Shown: positions 19,639-28,909, numbered from the stretch's first letter. The stretch: 64,000 nt of DNA from Patescibacteria group bacterium (GCA_038064535.1 JBBTSX010000005.1:13051-77050); one strand, 5' to 3'. The notes: generated by a model not told the origin, from the sequence alone. Numbers and translations are program-made.

Positions 19639-20736
19639 ATGAAGATAATAACAACAAAAGAAAAAATTCTAAACACCATTCTTATGGCAGAGAGAGTTAC
19701 GGGAAAAAAAGAGTCTCTTCCTGTTCTTGCTTGCATTTTCGTTGAAGCCGCAAAAGATATTACCCTCCGCGCGACGAATCTCGAGGCAGGCTTCGAATCA
19801 GTGGTGCCGGGAGAAGTTGGTGAAGTGGGGGCCGTTGCGGTACCGGCCGCCATCCTTTCACAAACGATACGCTCAATCGGCAGTGACAAGGTCGCCTTTT
19901 CTACCGATGATTCGAATCTCCTCGTGGAGTCACGGGGGACCAAAACACTCATAAAAGCGATACCACACGACGAGTTTCCTGCGTTACCGAAAAGCGCCGG
20001 GAAGAATAAAATTTCTCTTTCACGCGAGCGACTTATACACGGGATACAGGCGGTTTGCTACGCCGCTTCACCATCAATGATTCGTCCCGATCTTGGCTCT
20101 GTATACCTTTCGATCAAGGACGGTGCGATGGTATGTGTCGCGACCGACTCGTTCCGTTTGGCCGAGAAAACAGTGAGTGAAAGCGGTGCCAAGGCCGAGG
20201 GCGACGTGCTTATCCCCTTGAAGCACGCGCTCGAGCTTGTGCATATTCTCGAACACGCCGGTGACGACTCGGTGTCGCTCTCCGCCGAAGAATCACAGCT
20301 ATCGGTTTCGGCCGGGGGCATGCGTTACGTGTCCCGCGTGGTGGATGCGACGTTCCCGAACTACAAAGAAATTATTCCGAAAAAATTTACGACCGAGGCG
20401 ACGGTACTCAAAGGCGACCTCGTTGAAATGTTACGCAAGGCGCGTGTGTTTGCGGGGAACGACATGCACGTGGGTCTCCACATTTATCCGAAGAAGAAAA
20501 TATTTTCCGCGCTCGCACGCAGCTCCGATGTGGGAGAAATGTCCGACTCAATCGATGCGGCGCTCTCCGGCGAGGACCTCGACATCAATTTCCATATCGG
20601 CTACATCGCCGACTGTCTCTCATCCGTAGAATCCGATTCCGTGACACTCGGTTTTGCCGGTGCCGGTAAACCACTCGTCATCCGCGGCGTCTCCGATTCC
20701 TCTTTTCTCTATCTCGTCATGCCGCTGAACCGGTAA
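19639..20736 (+). CDS. dnaN: DNA polymerase III beta clamp
   Basis: RATNLE, VATDSFRLAE, FPNYKEIIP, YLVMPL. Confidence 0.97.
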   Translation: MKIITTKEKILNTILMAERVTGKKESLPVLACIFVEAAKDITLRATNLEAGFESVVPGEVGEVGAVAVPAAILSQTIRSIGSDKVAFSTDDSNLLVESRGTKTLIKAIPHDEFPALPKSAGKNKISLSRERLIHGIQAVCYAASPSMIRPDLGSVYLSIKDGAMVCVATDSFRLAEKTVSESGAKAEGDVLIPLKHALELVHILEHAGDDSVSLSAEESQLSVSAGGMRYVSRVVDATFPNYKEIIPKKFTTEATVLKGDLVEMLRKARVFAGNDMHVGLHIYPKKKIFSALARSSDVGEMSDSIDAALSGEDLDINFHIGYIADCLSSVESDSVTLGFAGAGKPLVIRGVSDSSFLYLVMPLNR

Positions 20737-20743
20737 TTCCGAT

Positions 20744-21127
20744 ATGCACACACAAACCCTTTCCAGATTGTTGTTGTGGCTGATCGCGGCCATTGTCGTT
20801 TTGTCCGGACTGAGCTTGACCGCTGACAACTGGCTGTGGCCCCACTGGGACGCATCACAGGGCGCGTGGGTGACGTCAACGAGTGATGCGTATTGGGACA
20901 ACTCGATGGGGCGATGGCAGGCCGACAAGAGCGCGATGTTTTGGAATGAAGAACGCGGCGTGTGGATGTATCAAAACGGCGTGTACTGGGACGATTCTCG
21001 CGGTGTTTGGCTCGACAAATTCGGTGACCATATCGATGCGCAGTTGAACGTGTGGGTGAGCGCCGCAGGCGATGCCTACTGGGACTCAGTCCGCCGTGAG
21101 TGGCGCCCCCTCGTCATCGCTCAGTGA
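20744..21127 (+). CDS. Exported Trp-rich repeat protein
   Basis: Hydrophobic N-terminus, then about six WDxxxGxW repeats of 15-16 aa. Confidence 0.8.
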   Translation: MHTQTLSRLLLWLIAAIVVLSGLSLTADNWLWPHWDASQGAWVTSTSDAYWDNSMGRWQADKSAMFWNEERGVWMYQNGVYWDDSRGVWLDKFGDHIDAQLNVWVSAAGDAYWDSVRREWRPLVIAQ

Positions 21128-21228
21128 GCCGAGAGCGCGTCGTATATATCTATCCACGGTGCGTTTGTGAGAAATGATTTGCCACATCGCGTGCAACCAA
21201 TAACCGCGATGATGTTCCCCGGCATACG

Positions 21229-23664
21229 CTACTGAATCGTGAAGTTGATTTGCGTTGAGTCGTTGCCGCCGTTTACGAGCGCGGCCATTGCCTGCAGTAT
21301 CGACGGGCCGCGGGAGTTGGGGACGTACGTGATTGTGTACGGCGGCTGTGTCGCAGTGCCAACGGGTGCGCCGTTGAGGAAGTATGTCATTTTGGTGACA
21401 TTTTGCGGACTCGGATATGAGGAACTAAAGATTATAGAAGTATTCGCCGGTACGTATGAGCTCGGTGCCGGCGAGGTAATTTGGAATCCCTGCGTGATCG
21501 CGGTGCCTACTCCTGGCCCCGCCGGACCAGCGACATTGCCGACGAGAGCTTGCCCCGCGGCCCACAGCGAGACGGGGTAATCCCACGCCGCCGTTTGGCC
21601 GTCGGCAAACGGGTTCAACGGCGGCGCACCACGCGGGTCGCTCTTGTTGACCCAGTAGAGGATGTCGTGCACGCCTCGCTCGGGATGACTATTCCAGTTG
21701 CCGGTGAGGACCGGAGGCAGAGACGTTTGCGCCGGGTCGGGAGATGGCGGCGGGAAATCGCCGGACGGATATTTCTCAAGCGCATAGGCGACGAATTCGT
21801 GCCACATCGGCGCGATGATGAACGCCGCGATTTTTTTCGCCATCGGAGAGTTGTCGTTGTTGCCCGCCCACGCCCCCACCGCGATGCCGGGCGTGTAGCC
21901 CAGTATCCAGACGTCGCGGAAATCGTTGGTTGTGCCCGTCTTGTCGGCGACGTGGTAGCCATCGAACTGGAGCGGCGAATCGGCTCCAAATTCCGGCGTG
22001 CGCGCCACGTTGTCGGAGAGAATGTCGTTTATTTCACGGGCTATTTGGGGCTCAAGCACACGCGTCGCAGTGTTTTGGTATTCCTCCAAGACGTTCCCCT
22101 TCCCGTCTTCTACGCGGAGGATGCCGGTCGGCGGATTGCGTACGCCGTCATTCGCAAAGACGCTGTACGCGCCGGTCATTTCGAGAAGAGTCACTTCACC
22201 GCCGCCGAGTACGAGCGTAAGTCCGTAGCGCGCCGCGTTACCGAGCGTGGTAATGCCGAGCGATTGCGCGGTTGAAATGGCGTCCTGAATACCGGAGAGG
22301 TAGAGCGTTTTGACCGCCGCCACGTTTATCGATTGTGCAAGAGCGTTTCGCAGAGTCATCGGGCCCTTGAAGTTGCCGTCGAAGTTGGATGGCGAATAAC
22401 ACGGTGGCGCGTCGTTGAGGTTGTCGGTCGGCGCACACGCGGTCGAAAACTGTGTCGGTAGGTCGAAGACCACGGTCTCCGGCGTGTATCCTTTTGCAAA
22501 CGCGGTCGCGTAGACGAACGGCTTGAACGAAGAGCCCGGCTGGCGGTGGCTCGTCGCGATGTTGACCTTGCCGTCGATGGTGTCGTCGAAATAGCCGCGT
22601 GAGCCGACCATGACGAGAATTTGTCCGGTCGTCGGGTCGATGGCCACGAGCCCTTCGTTGGTCGCGTTGAAGTTCTCCTGCATCCGCGGCGCCCACTTGG
22701 ACACAATGTCTTCCGCCTTCTTCTGGAGGTCGTAATCGAGTGTCGTGATGACACGCAAGCCGCCCTGCGCGACCACATCCGCGCCGTACTTCTGTTCGAG
22801 ATATTCGCGGACGTAGAAGACGAAGTGCGGCGCCTTGATACCCACCTCTCTCTCATCGCGGAATTGGACCTGTTCGGAGACGGCCTGCGTGTATTCGGCA
22901 TCGGTGATGACGCCGAGCGACTTCATGCGTGAGAGTACGAATTTGGCGCGTGCGTCGAGGGCGGCGCGGTGACTGCCGTAGGGCGAGAAGTAGGTGGGCG
23001 CCTGCGGAAGCGCGGCGAGGTAGCTCGCTTGCGCGAGGTCCACGTCTTTGGCGTCGACGCCGAAGAAGTACTGACTCGCTTCCTGTACGCCGTAGATAGT
23101 GCCGCCGTACGGCGTCTCGTTGAGATACGTCTCGAGAATTTTTTCTTTCGGGTACGTTCTGGTGAGGCGAAGAGCGAGTATGATCTCTTCGATTTTGCGC
23201 GCGATGGTTTTGTTCTGTGTCAGCAGCGCGTTTTTTACCACTTGCTGGGTGATGGTCGAACCGCCCTGCGTGTACGAACCCGTCGTGATGTTTACGAAGA
23301 CCGCGCGGGCGAACGAGACCGGACGGAAACCGGCGTTTGCGTAAAACGTGTCGTCTTCGGTAGCGATTGCCGCCTTTTGAATGAACGGACTTATCTGGTC
23401 GAGCGTGACCGACGTGCGGCGCACGGAGCCGTGTACGTCGTAGAGGACGACATTGCCCGTGCGGTCGTATATCTTGGTCGACTGCGAGACCTGCCGGTTC
23501 TCGAAATTCTCTATCGACGGGATGGGGGTAAACAGCGCCCACACAATGATTCCGCCGATTCCGAAAAAGAAGAGACCCATCGCCGCGGCGATAGAAAGGC
23601 GCATCCACTCGGGGACGCGGTTGAACAAACGGCGCGTACGCCGGAACCTGCGAGACTCACTCAT
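21229..23664 (-). CDS. Class A penicillin-binding protein with C-terminal Ig-like domain
   Basis: Transglycosylase motifs TEDDTFY, GGSTITQQVVKN, RKIEE; transpeptidase motifs SSFK, SIN, KTG. Confidence 0.95.
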   Translation of the reverse strand: MSESRRFRRTRRLFNRVPEWMRLSIAAAMGLFFFGIGGIIVWALFTPIPSIENFENRQVSQSTKIYDRTGNVVLYDVHGSVRRTSVTLDQISPFIQKAAIATEDDTFYANAGFRPVSFARAVFVNITTGSYTQGGSTITQQVVKNALLTQNKTIARKIEEIILALRLTRTYPKEKILETYLNETPYGGTIYGVQEASQYFFGVDAKDVDLAQASYLAALPQAPTYFSPYGSHRAALDARAKFVLSRMKSLGVITDAEYTQAVSEQVQFRDEREVGIKAPHFVFYVREYLEQKYGADVVAQGGLRVITTLDYDLQKKAEDIVSKWAPRMQENFNATNEGLVAIDPTTGQILVMVGSRGYFDDTIDGKVNIATSHRQPGSSFKPFVYATAFAKGYTPETVVFDLPTQFSTACAPTDNLNDAPPCYSPSNFDGNFKGPMTLRNALAQSINVAAVKTLYLSGIQDAISTAQSLGITTLGNAARYGLTLVLGGGEVTLLEMTGAYSVFANDGVRNPPTGILRVEDGKGNVLEEYQNTATRVLEPQIAREINDILSDNVARTPEFGADSPLQFDGYHVADKTGTTNDFRDVWILGYTPGIAVGAWAGNNDNSPMAKKIAAFIIAPMWHEFVAYALEKYPSGDFPPPSPDPAQTSLPPVLTGNWNSHPERGVHDILYWVNKSDPRGAPPLNPFADGQTAAWDYPVSLWAAGQALVGNVAGPAGPGVGTAITQGFQITSPAPSSYVPANTSIIFSSSYPSPQNVTKMTYFLNGAPVGTATQPPYTITYVPNSRGPSILQAMAALVNGGNDSTQINFTIQ

Positions 23665-23709
23665 GGTACAGTCAGTTTAGCTTTTTTTGCGCTTTGCGGC
23701 GACCCCGTA

Positions 23710-24210
23710 CTAGACGCGAGCATCAGTACGGGGCGAGGCACTGCGAGAACGGGCCAAATGCGTGACGCCGATGGCTATCGCGTCGTACTCGTCGTCATGG
23801 CGGATGACCTTGTCGATTTTTACGAGCGCATGCAACATTTTGGCGACTTGTGTCTTGTCTGCGGAGCCCGAGCCCGCGGCCGCGCTTTTCACTTCACCCG
23901 GCGAGTACTCGAACACCGGTATTGCGGTAGAGCCCGCGAGCGAGAGAAGCGCGCCGCGCACCTCGGCGACCCGCATTGCCGTCTTCTGGTTCTTCGCGAA
24001 GAACAGTTTTTCCATCGCAATACAATCGGGCGCATGTGCTTTCACCAGCCGCTCGCACGCACGCACCACCTGCTGGAGCCGCTCTGCGAAGTCTTCTTCT
24101 GCGGACGTCTCGATGCATTCCGAATAGATGAGCACGTTTTTTACGCCGTCACGTTCCACTATGGCAACCCCACAGCGGCCGTACCCAGGGTCAATGGCAA
24201 GCACTTTCAT
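23710..24210 (-). CDS. ruvC: Holliday junction resolvase RuvC
   Basis: LAIDPGYGRCG, EKLFF, DDEYDAIAIG. Confidence 0.96.
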   Translation of the reverse strand: MKVLAIDPGYGRCGVAIVERDGVKNVLIYSECIETSAEEDFAERLQQVVRACERLVKAHAPDCIAMEKLFFAKNQKTAMRVAEVRGALLSLAGSTAIPVFEYSPGEVKSAAAGSGSADKTQVAKMLHALVKIDKVIRHDDEYDAIAIGVTHLARSRSASPRTDARV

Positions 24211-24354
24211 ACTACAAGTATACAGGCAAAGGAAAAGGACCGTAGCTTCCTCGTCGTGCGTCAGAAGTTATGGAACGCACTCGAACCGGTCGTCGGACAA
24301 CACGGTGCGTAATAGAGCTAGTGGTCGTACCGTTTCCTTGTGTATCGATTCAAA

Positions 24355-24390
24355 ATCCCTATACTTAGGTTTATGACTAAGTATTGGAAC
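24355..24390. promoter_or_regulatory. Imperfect 36-bp palindrome over the ArsR start codon (probable operator)
   Basis: ATCCCTATACTTAGGT-ttat-GACTAAGTATTGGAAC; near copy of 24773-24808. Confidence 0.7.
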
Positions 24391-24771
24391 CCGAGAAGGA
24401 TTAAACGTATCAAAGAACGTGAAAATCGGACGGCGGAACTTGCCGCAGAAAAAGCAGTCGCGCTACGAGAGCGCACGCGTTCACATACTCCGGGCGATAC
24501 ACGAAAAAATACAGTGCTCATACTAGACGCTCTTGGCCTACCTCTACGGCGACGGATGATTGGGCGACTCAAGCGGGGAGGTGCGATGTCAGTTTCCAAA
24601 TTGGCTGAACCGTTTCGCATAACGCTTCCGTCGGCGCTCGAACAAGTCCGCATCCTGGAGCGTTCAGGCATCATTTCAACGCATAAGCACGGCCGCGTCC
24701 GTCTGTGCGTCTACAGGCCGCAAGCGCTGAGAGAACTCGCGCACGGGCTCACCACTGGGGAAGTAGATTAA
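24373..24771 (+). CDS. ArsR/SmtB family transcriptional regulator
   Basis: ALGLPLRRRMI..MSVSKLAEPFRITLPSALEQVRILERSGII..GRVR winged-helix pattern; start uncertain. Confidence 0.85.
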   Translation: MTKYWNPRRIKRIKERENRTAELAAEKAVALRERTRSHTPGDTRKNTVLILDALGLPLRRRMIGRLKRGGAMSVSKLAEPFRITLPSALEQVRILERSGIISTHKHGRVRLCVYRPQALRELAHGLTTGEVD

Positions 24772-24772
24772 C

Positions 24773-24808
24773 ATCCCAATACTTAGGTAAAAACCTAAGT
24801 ATTGGGAT
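24773..24808. promoter_or_regulatory. Perfect 16-4-16 palindrome directly after the ArsR stop codon
   Basis: ATCCCAATACTTAGGT-aaaa-ACCTAAGTATTGGGAT. Confidence 0.75.
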
Positions 24809-24858
24809 AGGGTCGAGTCGATTTTTTGGGGAGCGTGCAGAAGTGGTACGATACTGGA

Positions 24859-25356
24859 ATGAAAGCAACGGCTCTACGCAGTGCTCTGTTCTTGCGCAAC
24901 TTGGTGTTTGGAGTGGAAGACGGCCTCGTTTCTACGGTGGGTCTGCTCTCCGGCATCGCCATCGCCGGCGTGGACCGCGAAACCATTTTTCTCACAGGAG
25001 TGGTGCTCATTTTTGTGGAGGCGTTCTCGATGGCCGCCGGTAGTTTCCTCTCGGAGGCATCGGTCGAAGAAATGGGCGGGGGAGTTGACGATACCCGCGG
25101 TTCAGTGGCGGCGGGGGCTGTCATGTTCACCTCATATTTTGCGGCGGGCCTCGTCCCGCTCTTGCCGTACCTTTTCTTCAGCGTCGCGACGGCATTCGCC
25201 ACGTCGGTTGCGTGCTCTATTCTCGCGCTCTTTATACTCGGGTATTGGAGTGGGAGGGAAACGAGGGCCGTCTGGCGCAAGACATTACGGATGGGACTTG
25301 TAGGCGGACTCGCGATACTTGTGGGCGCGCTTGCGGGTACATTCGTGCATTTATAA
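24859..25356 (+). CDS. VIT1/CCC1 family metal transporter
   Basis: LRNLVFGVEDGLVST, AFSMAAGSFLS, GLVPLLPY. Confidence 0.9.
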   Translation: MKATALRSALFLRNLVFGVEDGLVSTVGLLSGIAIAGVDRETIFLTGVVLIFVEAFSMAAGSFLSEASVEEMGGGVDDTRGSVAAGAVMFTSYFAAGLVPLLPYLFFSVATAFATSVACSILALFILGYWSGRETRAVWRKTLRMGLVGGLAILVGALAGTFVHL

Positions 25357-25461
25357 GGAGCGGCGCTTTTGGCGTCGGTGGCGAAAAATCTCGTACCTCT
25401 GGCTTAGCGTAGAAATCGGTATAGGATACGTACAGCAAATAATAAGAAGGGTGAGACGGCC

Positions 25462-25857
25462 ATGACATATAAATACTTCGCCGGAGCCTACCTGGCGGCC
25501 GCGCTGTACTCGGAGAATCTGGAACGGCAATGCAGACTGCCGAATGGCGCATGGAGCTGCGAGGCGGGCAGGATCCTCACGGATGAGTTCACTCGCCATA
25601 CCGAAGACGCTCTGCGATGCGATACGGCAGCGCTCCTACGCATCCGTGCGATTGCCGGGCTCGTCGCACAAGCACCGAAAGATTGCTTGCGCCCCGAAGC
25701 GCGTCTGTATATGACTGTCCTGCTCGAGCACGCGAAACACGTGACCGAGAACTATCACCGCTTGTTCCACCGCAATCGCGAATTGGAACCGACGATGAGC
25801 AGTCTCGCAGAGCGGTTTGCAGCTGGCATAGAACAATTGAGAAAGGCGGGCGCATAG
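25462..25857 (+). CDS. Hypothetical protein
   Basis: 131-aa ORF with a purine-rich RBS; converges with the HD gene on a hairpin at about 25870-25897. Confidence 0.6.
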   Translation: MTYKYFAGAYLAAALYSENLERQCRLPNGAWSCEAGRILTDEFTRHTEDALRCDTAALLRIRAIAGLVAQAPKDCLRPEARLYMTVLLEHAKHVTENYHRLFHRNRELEPTMSSLAERFAAGIEQLRKAGA

Positions 25858-25898
25858 GCGCCAAAGGGAACGGGCCACTCCATGGGAGCGGCCCGTCT

Positions 25899-26639
25899 TC
25901 ATGTGTCACCGTTAGCGAGCTCGGTGGCAAGAAGTTCCATACTGCTTCGCAATCCTGCCGAGAGCTTCCTGAACGGTTCGAGGTCGTGTTCTTCGATAAG
26001 CGGGAGTATGAACTCCCACGTTTCGACGAGCTTTGCCGCACGTTCTTTCGCCGTGTGTTTCCACATAGTGAGAACGTTGTCCCACCGGTCGACGCCTTTG
26101 AGGAGCTTTGTATAACGGCGTGCGCCCGCGAGCTGGAGATGGTAGAGAACATCGACAGCGCGCTTATTCAGTTTGCGTGTCTCCTTGGGTCGCGTCATTT
26201 CGGCGATGTGGGTCGCGGCATTCTCGTTGAACTCGCGAACAAGCCGCTCGTAACGCCAGCGATTCCGGTGTTTTTCCATGATGTCGTGCAGCAGCGCCCC
26301 CACGACGAGGTCGGGGTCCCACACGTCCAAGTACAGCATCAGTATGAGCGCGATTCTCACCGAATGACGGGAATATGGTTCCCCGCTCTTCCTGCGCTCA
26401 TGCTTGAAAGCCGACTCGTTAATCCGGTATGCCTTTTTCACCTGCTCGTAAGCGGCACTTCCAACCGGATGCTTCGTTTCCACCACCTCAAGGAATTGCG
26501 TTTCGGTCTTGATTTCGAACAAGAATGCAAGCTCGGGGCGCATCGCTGACGACAGGCTCATTCGCTTGAACACCGTCTTGGCATGCGGACCGCGTAGCTT
26601 GAATCGGGCGGAGCCATTGCCGCCCACATGATTGGGCAT
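25899..26639 (-). CDS. RelA/SpoT-type HD domain protein (small alarmone hydrolase-like)
   Basis: RRKSGEPYSRH, GALLHD, KGVDRWDN; AAGGAG RBS. Confidence 0.8.
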   Translation of the reverse strand: MPNHVGGNGSARFKLRGPHAKTVFKRMSLSSAMRPELAFLFEIKTETQFLEVVETKHPVGSAAYEQVKKAYRINESAFKHERRKSGEPYSRHSVRIALILMLYLDVWDPDLVVGALLHDIMEKHRNRWRYERLVREFNENAATHIAEMTRPKETRKLNKRAVDVLYHLQLAGARRYTKLLKGVDRWDNVLTMWKHTAKERAAKLVETWEFILPLIEEHDLEPFRKLSAGLRSSMELLATELANGDT

Positions 26640-26708
26640 GGCATGTCTCCTTCATGAAGTCTATGCACTGCCCGCGACAGTATCATCAGCCCCCGTGTGC
26701 GGCAATAG

Positions 26709-27242
26709 TCAGGCCGCGTTGGTGTAGACGTTCTCCACGTCGTCGTGTGCGTCGATTTTTTCCAGAACTTCCATGAGCTTCGCACTATCTGTGTCAGAAA
26801 GGGGAACGGTGGTCTTGGGCACACACCCTTCCTCAATACTTTTTTCGAATGCCCACATCGCGGAGCCGGGCGCGGCGAGCGCGAGACCGTTTTCGGTGAG
26901 CAGGTGCTTTATTTCCTGCGCAGTCCTGTTGCGGCTATCGGTGAGCGCTTCGATGAGGATGGCCGCGCCACCGGGACCGTATGTCTCGTAGGTGATTGAT
27001 TCGAGCGACGCCGCATCGGCCGAGGTGCCTTTTGCAACCGCGCGGTCGATAGTGTCTTTGGGCATGTTGGCTTTTTTGGCGGTCTCGATGATGGCGCGAA
27101 GCCCCGGCAAACTGGTGTCACCGCCGGCTTTTTTGCTCTCCACCGCAATGCGCCTGCCGAGCTTGCCCCACAAATTGCTCTTGGCCGCATCGGCCGCGCC
27201 CTTCTGCCGTTTGATTTGCGCCCATTTGTTGTGACCTGACAT
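26709..27242 (-). CDS. yebC: YebC/PmpR family protein (short form)
   Basis: MSGHNKWAQIKRQK, NMPKDTIDRA, YETYGPGG, TDSRNRT, DDVENVYTN. Confidence 0.95.
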   Translation of the reverse strand: MSGHNKWAQIKRQKGAADAAKSNLWGKLGRRIAVESKKAGGDTSLPGLRAIIETAKKANMPKDTIDRAVAKGTSADAASLESITYETYGPGGAAILIEALTDSRNRTAQEIKHLLTENGLALAAPGSAMWAFEKSIEEGCVPKTTVPLSDTDSAKLMEVLEKIDAHDDVENVYTNAA

Positions 27243-27293
27243 GGGGAACAGTTTATAGTTTTTAGTCGGTAGTGAACAGGGGGGGGGTATGTA

Positions 27294-27327
27294 AAAAATG
27301 TCGGCGGCCATGGGCCGCCGTTTTTTA
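27294..27327. terminator. Hairpin with A/T tails between usg and yebC
   Basis: CGGCGGC..GCCGCCG stem with T runs on both strands. Confidence 0.6.
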
Positions 27328-27346
27328 TTCGTTGCAATCAGGCGGC

Positions 27347-27622
27347 TCACTGGAGCCTGAAGACGCCCTTGTCCACATTGCGGTATTCAACGGGACGCCA
27401 GTCCCGCGAATGTGCAACATCGACCGCGAAGATCTTGCCGTCAAGTGTCGCCTGCCACCAGTCGAGATAATTTGAGAGCTTCGGAAAGTTCGGCAACATG
27501 TCGTCGGTCTGCCACGCCATGGTTTGCAGTAACCAAGGGCGGTCCGGCCGCCAGAATAGAATCTTTGCGAGTACCAGCACCGGAGCCGTGACCCGTTCGG
27601 GCGCACCAATCAGATAGGCCAT
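27347..27622 (-). CDS. Usg family protein
   Basis: ILFWRPDRPWLLQTMAWQTDDMLPNFPKLSNYLDWWQATLDGKIFAVDVAH matches the Usg consensus as I recall it; GAGGGAG RBS. Confidence 0.75.
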   Translation of the reverse strand: MAYLIGAPERVTAPVLVLAKILFWRPDRPWLLQTMAWQTDDMLPNFPKLSNYLDWWQATLDGKIFAVDVAHSRDWRPVEYRNVDKGVFRLQ

Positions 27623-27690
27623 TGTCGCACTCCCTCTCTCGAGAGACTCAACTGTCCCCATGTAAGTAGACGCCCGCGCGAGGGCTCGGT

Positions 27691-27757
27691 CAATGCACAT
27701 ATTGTGCACAGCATTATGCACATAGTTATCCACCTACTTATACAGTGGTTTTCCACT
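27691..27757 (+). promoter_or_regulatory. Cluster of DnaA-box-like 9-mers at 11-12 bp spacing
   Basis: CAATGCACA, TTGTGCACA, TTATGCACA, TTATCCACC, TTATACAGT, TTTTCCACT. Confidence 0.6.
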
Positions 27758-28020
27758 GAAACGCGATATTTGCTCCAAACGGCGGCTTACAGAAAAGTTT
27801 TATACTCTACGAACTGATGCGCTTTACCGTGCGTCGGTCGCTCACTTGGGGGCGGTGGCAACATCGAGAATCCCGGAGAGCAGTTCCCAGAGTATATCGG
27901 AGCGTACGTTCCGAGACAGTGCGGGAATCGTCGGCTAGAGCACAGAGGTGTCGGGCGCGCAGCGAGGAGATCATATCGATTTGCTCCGGACCTAGCACTT
28001 ACTCGAAATAGTCGAGAACG

Positions 28021-28048
28021 AAAAAGCCTCCCGCAAGGGAGGCTTTTC
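28021..28048. terminator. Intrinsic terminator, bidirectional
   Basis: AAAAAGCCTCCC-gcaa-GGGAGGCTTTT. Confidence 0.8.
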
Positions 28049-28162
28049 GTACCGTGCGTACGTGCACCTATTGTACGCGCTCAATTTTCAATATTTCCTC
28101 TTATCCACAAAAAGAATCACGGCCGCCTCTGTTGAGGCGGCCGTTCAATTGGTGTCCCGACC

Positions 28163-28909
28163 CTACATTTTCTTTGGGTCGAATTCGAACAGCATGCACA
28201 CTTTCAGTATTTTTGTCTTGAATGGCGTCACCAAAGGGTTTGTGAGCTCCTTATGCACACGGGCTACGGCGATGCAGACGGTGTTATGCGCCTTTCTGAG
28301 ATACCGCGCGACAAGGCCTTGGTAACTTGACTCGACGACCATATGGTAGAGGACAGCGATAACGATATAGCGTGCCTGAGAGGCCTCAGGAGTCGGGCTT
28401 GGTCCCAGCACGTCGTCACGCGTTGCATCTCCGAGACACAAGAGAGTTTTCGCAATAAACTCTTCGCCCTGCTCTTTTAGTTTTGCTTCAAGTTGCGCTT
28501 TTCGTTTCGCGCCCAGCTCACCCGTACTCGGCTTCTTCGGCGCACCATCCGCATTGACGGCGGCGAGCAGTTTTTTCAACTGGTCCATCTCGTTGGCGTT
28601 TCCGAGCGTGTCGATATGGTGCACCATATGCGCCATGAGCCTTAGAAGGTCGCCAGTGTGAATGCGCAGCAGTCTGGCCGTTGGTGTCGGGTCGAGACCC
28701 ACGCGCCTCCGTATGGCGTAGGCAAGCGTGCCGACCAAGCTATTCTTCGGTGCCCGTCCCAATATCCTGGGAATTTCTTCTGCAGTGCATCCGTGGACGC
28801 TGCACCACACGTTGAGAAGCCGCTGTGCACGAACTTCTTTACTGTCCGGCACGGCGGCCACAGGTTCGTGCGCGTCTTGAAGCGCGAGCTCACTCATGAT
28901 GGGCTCCAT
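28163..28909 (-). CDS. Hypothetical protein with DnaA domain IV (DnaA_C)-like C-terminus
   Basis: TRDDVLGPSPTPEASQARYIVIAVL..SYQGLVARYLRKAHNTVCIAVARV resembles the DnaA_C helix-turn-helix; start uncertain. Confidence 0.6.
   Translation of the reverse strand: MEPIMSELALQDAHEPVAAVPDSKEVRAQRLLNVWCSVHGCTAEEIPRILGRAPKNSLVGTLAYAIRRRVGLDPTPTARLLRIHTGDLLRLMAHMVHHIDTLGNANEMDQLKKLLAAVNADGAPKKPSTGELGAKRKAQLEAKLKEQGEEFIAKTLLCLGDATRDDVLGPSPTPEASQARYIVIAVLYHMVVESSYQGLVARYLRKAHNTVCIAVARVHKELTNPLVTPFKTKILKVCMLFEFDPKKM

Noticed and set aside
21239-24312. Long antisense and alternate-frame ORFs over the PBP gene and ruvC (and similar ones across the window)
   Set aside because: These are shadow ORFs expected from GC-rich codon bias; they overlap well-supported genes and have no motifs.
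27243-27350. In-frame N-terminal extension of YebC containing PPP as an autoregulatory stall
   Set aside because: The PPP comes from a C9 homopolymer and the upstream ATG sits in a terminator-like hairpin loop. The conserved MSGHNKW start explains the gene, so there is no support without conservation data.
27846-27875. tmRNA-like GGGGGCG start
   Set aside because: No matching T-arm/CCA 3' end or tag reading frame was found.
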